Positions 56,566 to 64,000 of a DNA stretch of 64,000 nt are shown in pieces. This DNA comes from Atribacterota bacterium (GTDB lineage: Bacteria; Atribacterota; Phoenicimicrobiia; Phoenicimicrobiales; Stramentimicrobiaceae). The DNA is taken from positions 192,001-256,000 of the forward strand of contig JAXGNR010000005.1 in the NCBI GenBank assembly GCA_040767965.1. Direction: 5' to 3'. How positions within the stretch are numbered: position 1 is the stretch's first letter; each line of letters begins with the position of its first letter. Under the pieces are notes generated by a model. It was given only the letters and a program-made list of their open reading frames with translations. It did no database searches and had not been told where the DNA came from. The position numbers and the translations under genes are program-made.

Positions 56566-59301
56566 ATGAAAGAAGTGAAGGTGACCATTGACGGAAAAAC
56601 AGTGAAAGCTGAAGAAGGGCAAACAATTTTGGAAGTTGCCAAAAACAATGGTATTCGAATACCTACCTTGTGCGCTATGCAGGAGATTAATCACTACCCG
56701 GGCTCTTGCCGTATGTGTGTAGTGGAAATAGAAGGAATGGCTTGTCTACCTGCTTCTTGCGTTTACCCTGTACGTGAAGGCATGATAATCTGTACAAATA
56801 ATGAGAGAGTAAGAAAAGCCCGTAAAACAATACTGGAACTCTTAATAAGCACCCATCCTCTTGATTGTATGACTTGTGAAAAAAATGGTGAATGCGATTT
56901 ACAGGATTTAGCTTATGAATATGGCATTAAAGAATCTAGTTTTGGCAGAAAAGAGAAAAATTTCCCGATTGATAACAGTAACCCTTTTATATTAAGAGAT
57001 TTGAATAAGTGTATCCTTTGTCGAAGATGTATAGAAGTTTGCAATGAAGTGCAGCAATCAAAAGCTATAGGAGTTGGATTTCGTGGGAGCAAATCTGAAA
57101 TAATTGCAGGCCTGGGAAATAAGCTGGGCCATGAAACAAATATAACAATTGGCTCTGTTGAAAACCCTGATTATTCCAGATGTGTTTCCTGCGGGCAATG
57201 TGTAGCCGTTTGTCCGGTGGGGGCATTAACAGATAAATCTGCTGTAGGAAAAGGCAGGGTATGGGAATTTGAAAAAGTTTATACAACCTGCAATTATTGC
57301 GGGTGTGGTTGTGGGTTTGACCTGAATATAAAAGATGGAAAAGTAATTAAAGTAACTTCTAATCCTGATAGTATAGTAAATGGAATAAATCTTTGTGTTA
57401 AAGGACGTTTTGGTAATGATTATATTAATAGGGAAGATCGAATAAAAACACCTTTAGCGAGAAAGAATGGAAAATTAGAACCTGTAACCTGGGAAGAAGC
57501 ACTGGACCTGATAAGTGATAAATTTGGTAAAATCAAGAAAGAATACGGTAGTGATAGCCTGGCAGTTTTATCTTCAGCAAAATGTACAAATGAAGAAAAT
57601 TACTTGCTTATGAAATTTGGAAGAGCAGTTCTGGGTACAAATAATGTTGATCATTGTGCAAGGCTCTGCCATTCAGCAACTGTTGCCGGATTAGCGCAAT
57701 CTTTTGGCAGTGGTGCTATGACTAATTCCATTAAAGAGATTGCCCACGCTTCAGTAATTTACCTGACCGGATCCAACACTACTGAAAATCATCCTATTAT
57801 TGCATTGGAAATAAAGAAAGCAGTAACTAAAAATGGAGCTAAGCTAATTGTAGCCGATCCTAGAGAAATAGAACTTACCAAGTATGCTACGCTTTGGCTT
57901 AGGCAAAAACCAGGCACAGATGTAGCTTTATTCAATGGTTTGATGAATGTAATTATAACTGAAGGACTTGAAGACAAAAAATTTATTGAAGAAAGAACTG
58001 AAGACTATGATAGGATGAAGGAAATTGTTCTTAAATACACCCCTGAATTAGTTGAAAAGATTACAGGAATACCAGCTGATGATATAAGAGAGGCTGCCAG
58101 AATATATGCTACAGGTCCTGATACTTCCTTAATTTACTCTATGGGAATAACCCAGCACACCAGCGGTACTGATAATGTTCTTTCAACTGCAAATATTGCC
58201 ATGCTAACCGGGAATGTGGGAAAAGAAAATTCTGGAGTAAACCCGCTGAGAGGACAGAGTAATGTGCAGGGAGCTTGCGATATGGGGGCTTTACCAAATG
58301 TTTATTCAGGTTACCAGGCTGTAACAAATCCTGAAGTCCAAGAGAAGTTTTCAAAAGCATGGGGAGCTGATTTATCGGATAAATTAGGATTGACTGTAGT
58401 TGAAATCCTTAATGCAGCCTATGAGGGAAAGATAAAAGGAATTTTTATTATGGCAGAAAATCCGGCTATGTCAGATCCTGATTTAAACCATGCCCGTGAA
58501 GCCTTAAAAAAGACTGAATTTTTAGTTGTATCAGATATTTTTATGACTGAAACAGCTGAAATGGCTGATGTAGTCTTGCCAGGTGTAAGCTTTGCTGAAA
58601 AAGACGGCACTATTACTAATACCGAGAGAAGAGTGCAAAGATTTCATAAGGCAGTTGAACCTATCGGCAACGCAAAACCAGAATGGCAGATAATTTGTGA
58701 TCTTTCACAAAAAATGGGGTATAAGATGAAATATAACAATCCTGCAGAAATAATGGAAGAAATTGCCAGCTTAACTCCCATTTATGGTGGTATATTTTAT
58801 CCCAGACTTGAAAAAGAAGGACTGCAATGGCCATGTCCTGATATTAATCATCCGGGAACAAAGTTCCTGCATAAAGATAAATTCAGTAGAGGCAAAGGAA
58901 AATTTTTCCCCATTGAATACAGAGATGCTGCAGAACTTCCAGACGATGAGTATCCTTTGATTTTTACTACAGGTAGAGTATTGTATCATTTCCATACTGG
59001 CACAATTTCTCGAAAATCAAAAGGTTTAAACGAAGTATACAAAGAAGCCTTAGTTGAAATCAGCCCTAATGATGCTAAAGAACTAAAGATTAAAGACGGT
59101 GAGATGGTTGAAGTTACCTCTCGTAGAGGTAAAATTAAAGCAAAGGCAAAAGTAACAGATAAATCAGGCAAGGGTGTAGTATTCATGAATTTTCATTTCC
59201 ATGAAGCTGCTGCAAATTTATTAACAAATGCAGCTCTTGATCCAGTTTCCAAAATACCAGAATATAAAGTATGTGCAGTAAAAATAAAAAAAGTATCTTA
59301 G
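56566..59301 (+). CDS. fdhF: Mo/W-bisPGD formate dehydrogenase alpha subunit (Cys-type) with an N-terminal NuoG-like FeS module
   Basis: 2Fe-2S site, HPLDC..C, 2x[4Fe-4S], CNYCGCGC...[26 protein letters not shown]. Confidence 0.95.
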   Translation: MKEVKVTIDGKTVKAEEGQTILEVAKNNGIRIPTLCAMQEINHYPGSCRMCVVEIEGMACLPASCVYPVREGMIICTNNERVRKARKTILELLISTHPLDCMTCEKNGECDLQDLAYEYGIKESSFGRKEKNFPIDNSNPFILRDLNKCILCRRCIEVCNEVQQSKAIGVGFRGSKSEIIAGLGNKLGHETNITIGSVENPDYSRCVSCGQCVAVCPVGALTDKSAVGKGRVWEFEKVYTTCNYCGCGCGFDLNIKDGKVIKVTSNPDSIVNGINLCVKGRFGNDYINREDRIKTPLARKNGKLEPVTWEEALDLISDKFGKIKKEYGSDSLAVLSSAKCTNEENYLLMKFGRAVLGTNNVDHCARLCHSATVAGLAQSFGSGAMTNSIKEIAHASVIYLTGSNTTENHPIIALEIKKAVTKNGAKLIVADPREIELTKYATLWLRQKPGTDVALFNGLMNVIITEGLEDKKFIEERTEDYDRMKEIVLKYTPELVEKITGIPADDIREAARIYATGPDTSLIYSMGITQHTSGTDNVLSTANIAMLTGNVGKENSGVNPLRGQSNVQGACDMGALPNVYSGYQAVTNPEVQEKFSKAWGADLSDKLGLTVVEILNAAYEGKIKGIFIMAENPAMSDPDLNHAREALKKTEFLVVSDIFMTETAEMADVVLPGVSFAEKDGTITNTERRVQRFHKAVEPIGNAKPEWQIICDLSQKMGYKMKYNNPAEIMEEIASLTPIYGGIFYPRLEKEGLQWPCPDINHPGTKFLHKDKFSRGKGKFFPIEYRDAAELPDDEYPLIFTTGRVLYHFHTGTISRKSKGLNEVYKEALVEISPNDAKELKIKDGEMVEVTSRRGKIKAKAKVTDKSGKGVVFMNFHFHEAAANLLTNAALDPVSKIPEYKVCAVKIKKVS

Positions 59302-59359
59302 TATAAAAAATTAAATGAAAATAATATTTTTTAATAAATATTAAAAACCTGGAGATTAA

Positions 59360-60019
59360 TTGGAAGGCTTTAAAAGAAACAGAACCAATGCTATAAATGC
59401 TATTATATTGGCTGGAGGAAGAAGTACTAGAATAGGATTAAACAAAGATAAAAGCAAGATGAAGCTGATGGGAATAAGCTTGCTTGATAGGGTTATTGCT
59501 AATATATTAGCATCTAAATACTTTAAGGAAGATAGTATTATCATAATTGGACCTAAAGATAAATATCAAGATTATAAAAGAGTATTTGAAGATATTTATC
59601 CCCAAAAAGGACCTTTGGGAGGGATTCTTACTGGATTATTGGTTTCAGACGCCTTTTACAATTTAATAGTTGGCTGTGATATGCCTTTTATCAGAAAAGA
59701 ACTAATCGGACTTCTTTTACAAAATATCTCGATTCACGATATTATTATACCCGGCTACGGCAGAGAATTATTTGAGCCGTTGTGTGCTGTGTATAGTAAA
59801 AAATGTATTGACATAATAGAAAAAAATATCAAAGATAACAAGCTGGCTGTCAAAAGTATATTTCCATATTTGAATGTGAAAATAGTAGAAGAGCATGATA
59901 TTAAGAAAATCGATCCTGAGCTGATATCATTTTTTAATATTAATTTTAAAAATGATTTTTATTTAGCCAAAGATTTAGACCTGAAGAGGGGAAAACGAAA
60001 GTGCAACGATTTAAACTAG
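59360..60019 (+). CDS. mobA: Molybdenum cofactor guanylyltransferase
   Basis: ILAGGRSTR, GPLGGI, GCDMPF, EPLCAVY, FFNIN. Confidence 0.94.
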   Translation: MEGFKRNRTNAINAIILAGGRSTRIGLNKDKSKMKLMGISLLDRVIANILASKYFKEDSIIIIGPKDKYQDYKRVFEDIYPQKGPLGGILTGLLVSDAFYNLIVGCDMPFIRKELIGLLLQNISIHDIIIPGYGRELFEPLCAVYSKKCIDIIEKNIKDNKLAVKSIFPYLNVKIVEEHDIKKIDPELISFFNINFKNDFYLAKDLDLKRGKRKCNDLN

Positions 60020-60767
60020 CCAAAAAAGTGAAAATAACCAGGATTGAAAATGGTAAAAAATATGAAGTTATAGACATAGTTGCCAGGGAAATTGAGCTAA
60101 ATATATTTGTAAATAAAATAATATTTGCAAAATTATATTGTAGCCCAATTAATTATAAATTTCTTGGTGTAGGTTTTTTGCTTACAAATGGAATTATTAG
60201 AGAAAGAGAAAAAATAAAATCATTAGTTGAAGATAAAGAAAATCTGGAAATAGAAATAAAAGAATTTAATAATCCTGGAGTAGGTGTTGATTTTCCATAT
60301 TTTATTTCTGAAAAAATGAATTCTGATAAACCAGACGATGAAAGAAAAGGAATACAAAGAAAAAAAAACAAAATAGAAATAAAAAATATTTTTCTTTGCT
60401 AATTGAAATGCAGAAAAAGGCTTATTTTTTTGATATCACAGGAGGAGTTCATAGTTGCGGACTTGCCAATAAAAAAGGAGACATTTTATTGTTTTGTGAA
60501 GATATAAGCCGTTATAATACTGTAGATAGAATTTTTGGAGAAGCCTTCCTAAAAGATATTAATATATCTGATAAAATTATCGTAACATCTTGCAGAATAA
60601 CATCTGGAATTCTAAAAAAAATAATAAATGGTGGTGCTTCCTTCGTAATTTCACGATCCGCTGTATCTGAAAAAGCGATTGTTTTAGCAAAACAAAAAAA
60701 TATTACTTTAGTCGGGTTTGCCAGAGGGGAAAGAATGAATATCTATAACAATTGTTCGGACATCTAA
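60001..60767 (+). CDS. fdhD: Formate dehydrogenase sulfurtransferase FdhD, split by a frameshift near 60360-60393
   Basis: First ORF: VARE...CSP...LGVGFL. Second ORF: TGGVHS, EDISRYN..D, SCR, SRSA, GFARG. Confidence 0.9.
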
Positions 60768-60875
60768 TAAAACCATTGGATATAATTTTTAGCAATTTAA
60801 CAAAAATATTAATTTTGATTATTTACCAGTATAAGATAAGTTTATAATAAAATATTTAAAAGAAATGAGGATTTT

Positions 60876-61829
60876 ATGTTTAAAATTATCGGCTTCATTA
60901 TCCTGCCAATAACCTCTTTATTGGTATTTGGTTATGCTTTTGATGGTAACATCAAGACAAATGGTTATTCCTGGTTATTTTTTTTCCAGCTAATCCTGCT
61001 AATTGGTTTGCTGTATGGGATAAACCAAGAAAGAAAAAAAGAAATAGATAAGAAATTATCAATTAATAGTGCTTTAGATTATAACAATTTTTTAGCTGTA
61101 TTCGCAGGGGCTTTTGTTGCTTTTACTTTTAATAATTACTTGGGAATGGGATCAGTTGTAGCTGCAGGGCTTGTTGGTACTATTGCTGCAATAATGATTC
61201 CTAAATTTGGCGTTCCATTGTATTGTGGAGCTTTTGTTGGAATGGCATCATGCGTTCTTTTTACATCTTACCTATATCTGGCAATTGCAAGTATTGTAGC
61301 CGGAATAGTATTTGTATTAACAAAAAATGTATTCAATGGTTTTGGTGGGAAATTAGGTACCATTGCTTTGACTGGATGTATTCTGGCTTCTGTTTTTTCA
61401 GGAAAAAAATATCTTGCAAGTGGCCCTATTCCGACTTGGGAAACTTCTAAATATATAGTTTTATTTTCAGTTATTGCAGCAGTATTGACTTATCTGATAA
61501 GCATTAGATTAAAACATGGTGCTGTTTTTGGTTCTGGTGTTGTAGGTCTTTTGGCAGGATTAATTATGCCTTATTTATTTCCTGAAATTGGAAGTTCCCT
61601 TGCAGTTATGATGATCTGTGCTTCCTTCGCAGGCATGTCAACTCCAACCAGGATTCCAAATGAAATATTTGTTGCTATTTCAGGTTTACTAAGTGCATTC
61701 TTTTTTATTTATAGCACATCTTGTTTTGGGGGTACTGGTGGTAAATTAGGGACAATAGCCTTTATTTCTGTTATTATTATAAGAGGATTCTTAGATATGA
61801 TAGATTATTTTAAAAGTAAAAAAGGTTAA
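60876..61829 (+). CDS. Uncharacterised polytopic membrane protein with two internal repeats
   Basis: About ten hydrophobic segments; repeated GxGGKLGTIA and (C)xxF(V/A)GM motifs. Confidence 0.8.
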   Translation: MFKIIGFIILPITSLLVFGYAFDGNIKTNGYSWLFFFQLILLIGLLYGINQERKKEIDKKLSINSALDYNNFLAVFAGAFVAFTFNNYLGMGSVVAAGLVGTIAAIMIPKFGVPLYCGAFVGMASCVLFTSYLYLAIASIVAGIVFVLTKNVFNGFGGKLGTIALTGCILASVFSGKKYLASGPIPTWETSKYIVLFSVIAAVLTYLISIRLKHGAVFGSGVVGLLAGLIMPYLFPEIGSSLAVMMICASFAGMSTPTRIPNEIFVAISGLLSAFFFIYSTSCFGGTGGKLGTIAFISVIIIRGFLDMIDYFKSKKG

Positions 61830-61887
61830 AGTAAAAGGAAATTTACAAAAATTATAAAGATATAAAGAACTGATAAGAAAAGTAATT

Positions 61888-62322
61888 ATGGATAAACATA
61901 TGAATAGTAGAAAGATTGTCGCAATAGATCCAGGTAAAAAAAAATGTGGAATAGTAGTAGTTGATAATGAATTAAAATTATTTGAAGCAGAGGTTATCGA
62001 CAACTCTAAACTGGTTGAAAAATTACAAGGATATCTGGATAAGTATAAAATTTATAATATCGTTATTGGAAGTGGGACATATTCAAAGGAAATTATTCAG
62101 ACAATAAAAAATAAGTATTCTCAATTATTGTTAACAGTAATTGCTGAAAAAAATACTACTATATTAGCTAGAAAAAAATATTTTGCAGAAAACCCACCAC
62201 GAGGTTTATTAAAAATTATACCTACATCTGCAAGAATCCCGCCAAAACCATATGATGATTATTCTGCCCGAATAATAGCCGAAAGATTTTTTCAAAAGGA
62301 AAATGAAAAAAAATATAACTAG
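61888..62322 (+). CDS. YqgF/RNase H-like nuclease
   Basis: VAIDPGKKKCG, IVIGSGT, EKNTT..AR, DD.SA. Confidence 0.82.
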   Translation: MDKHMNSRKIVAIDPGKKKCGIVVVDNELKLFEAEVIDNSKLVEKLQGYLDKYKIYNIVIGSGTYSKEIIQTIKNKYSQLLLTVIAEKNTTILARKKYFAENPPRGLLKIIPTSARIPPKPYDDYSARIIAERFFQKENEKKYN

Positions 62323-62380
62323 ATATAATTTATTATTAAATATTATTTTGAAACATTAATTGCATCAGGAGGAAATAAAA

Positions 62381-63031
62381 TTGGTTAAAATAAAAATATT
62401 CTCAAATATCATGAAAAGCAATGAAGATATGGCTTTAAAAAACCGAAAACTATTTGATGATTATCAGCTACCAGTAATAAATATGATGAGCTCTCCAGGT
62501 TCAGGTAAAACCAGCGTGTTGGAAAAGACGATTGATGAGCTGGGAAAAAATATGCAAATTGCAGTGCTTGAAGGTGATCTGCAGACAGATAGGGATGCTC
62601 AGCGTATTGGCAAATATGGAGTTCAGGTTGCACAAATTAATACTGATGGCGCATGTCATCTTGATGCAAATATGGTTAATAAAGCATTGTCAGCTTTTAA
62701 CTTTGACAAAATAGACTTATTTTTTATAGAGAATGTTGGTAATTTAGTTTGCCCAGCGAGTTTTGATTTGGGAGAAAAATATCGGGTAAATCTGGTAAGT
62801 ATTCCTGAAGGTGATGATAAGGTAATTAAGTACCCGGTTATTTTCAGGAAATGTGACATTCTGTTAGTTAACAAGATGGACTTATTGCCTTATATTCCTT
62901 TCAATCTGGACAGGTTAAAAAAGGAAGCTCTCAGTATTAACCCTGATATGAAAATATTTGAAATATCATGCTTAACTGGTGAGGGGATGGATAGCTGGTA
63001 CAATTGGCTGAAAGAATTAATTAAAAAATAA
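62381..63031 (+). CDS. hypB: Hydrogenase nickel incorporation GTPase HypB
   Basis: MSSPGSGKT, GACHLDA, ENVGNLVCP, EGDDK, NKMDL; TTG start behind AGGAGG. Confidence 0.96.
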   Translation: MVKIKIFSNIMKSNEDMALKNRKLFDDYQLPVINMMSSPGSGKTSVLEKTIDELGKNMQIAVLEGDLQTDRDAQRIGKYGVQVAQINTDGACHLDANMVNKALSAFNFDKIDLFFIENVGNLVCPASFDLGEKYRVNLVSIPEGDDKVIKYPVIFRKCDILLVNKMDLLPYIPFNLDRLKKEALSINPDMKIFEISCLTGEGMDSWYNWLKELIKK

Positions 63032-63122
63032 TTGAAAGAAAAATTAAAGTAATAAAAAAATAAACAATAATAACAGACGGATAATATTTGCATTTAAAAA
63101 AAAGTATATCACAAAGGAAAAA

Positions 63123-64000
63123 ATGAAAACCAGAAAAATAATTACTATTTATGGAATTGTGCAGGGCGTAGGGTTTCGGCCTTATGTCCATAAAGGAGTC
63201 CAAAAATATCAATTGACAGGATGGATTTGTAATTCAGAACAAGGCATAGAGATGGAGGTTGAAGGCGAAAGGTCTAATGTAAATGGGTTTATTAAAAAAA
63301 TTAAAAAGAATGCACCTATATTATCTATGATTGAAAAAGTCCTTGTGCAAGAAATGCCTGTATTTGGATATACAGATTTTAAGATAAAAAAAAGCAAAAC
63401 AAGGGAAGAGAACCCTCTTGCTCTTATTCCTCCAGATATTTCCATATGTGATGATTGCTTGAGCGAATTACTGGATCCTGCTGATCGCAGATATCGCTAT
63501 CCATTCATTAATTGTACAAATTGTGGTCCCCGGTTTACCATAATCAAAGAAATTCCCTATGATAGAGAAAAAACTACTATGAGTAATTTTTCTATGTGCG
63601 GTAAATGTAATTCGGAATATATTGATATTAATAATCGTCGTTATCATGCCCAGCCTAATGCCTGCCATGATTGTGGTCCACAAGTTTCCCTTTATCTAAA
63701 AGGTAAAAAAATAGAAGTAAAAGAACCAGTTATTGAAGTTCAAAAAAGATTAGCAGAAGGACAGATTGGTATTATTAAAGGATTAGGAGGATTTCATATT
63801 ACCTGTGATGCTGCCAACCTCACAGCTGTTTCCAGATTAAGAGAAATTAAAAAAAGAGATAAGAAGCCGCTTGCAGTTATGGCTGAAAATATTGACTTAA
63901 TAAAAAAGATATGCCATCTTTCTGCAAAAGCAAAAAAAATTCTAACCAGCAAAGAAAAACCGATTGTGCTTTTAAAAAAGAAAAAAAAATATTATCTTTC
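63123..64000 (+). CDS. hypF: Carbamoyltransferase HypF, runs off the window end
   Basis: Translated from ATG 63123: GIVQGVGFRP (acylphosphatase domain), PPDISICDDC, YPFINCTNCGPRF, RRYHAQPNAC..CGP, KGLGGFH. Confidence 0.96.
   Translation, partial: MKTRKIITIYGIVQGVGFRPYVHKGVQKYQLTGWICNSEQGIEMEVEGERSNVNGFIKKIKKNAPILSMIEKVLVQEMPVFGYTDFKIKKSKTREENPLALIPPDISICDDCLSELLDPADRRYRYPFINCTNCGPRFTIIKEIPYDREKTTMSNFSMCGKCNSEYIDINNRRYHAQPNACHDCGPQVSLYLKGKKIEVKEPVIEVQKRLAEGQIGIIKGLGGFHITCDAANLTAVSRLREIKKRDKKPLAVMAENIDLIKKICHLSAKAKKILTSKEKPIVLLKKKKKYYL

Noticed and set aside
57667-57705. Vestigial SECIS hairpin after the FDH active-site codon
   Set aside because: The codon is TGC, not TGA, and the weak TTGC/GCAA pairing is explained by the conserved VAGLA coding sequence.

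Overview
Low-GC bacterial core-genome segment with almost all genes on the + strand. The high-GC rRNA operon on an AT-rich background and the Mbh plus Fdh-Hyl gene content suggest an anaerobe, most likely Atribacterota (JS1-like); this taxonomy is inference and needs a 16S search. In order, the window holds: a partial rRNA operon (16S with a 24-bp hairpin inserted at the tip of helix 44, tRNA-Ala, 23S, 5S); HAD-mutM-rnz; a ferredoxin; two tRNA thiolation enzymes; an unexplained three-gene operon (HTH regulator, conserved unknown protein, alpha-oxoamine synthase) with a consensus promoter and palindromic operator; greA, lysS, rqcP, mgtE, eno, ftsB; three tRNAs; tilS-hpt-ftsH; an Opp/Dpp ABC transporter; tRNA-Arg, argS, rapZ-yvcK-whiA-rpoN-gap-tpiA-secG-pncB; and tRNA-Leu. 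The last ~24 kb is an H2/formate energy locus: hypA, a 14-gene Mbh [NiFe] hydrogenase-Mrp operon in Thermococcales gene order, its maturation protease, rex, and a Rex-boxed operon encoding a DRTGG/CBS-kinase/PHP/HATPase module and a putative electron-bifurcating Cys-type formate dehydrogenase. It ends with mobA, fdhD, an unknown two-repeat membrane protein, hypB and hypF. Six genes carry single-base indels, mostly in homopolymers, and these are probably sequencing errors. I saw no CRISPR array, transposase, integrase or prophage.
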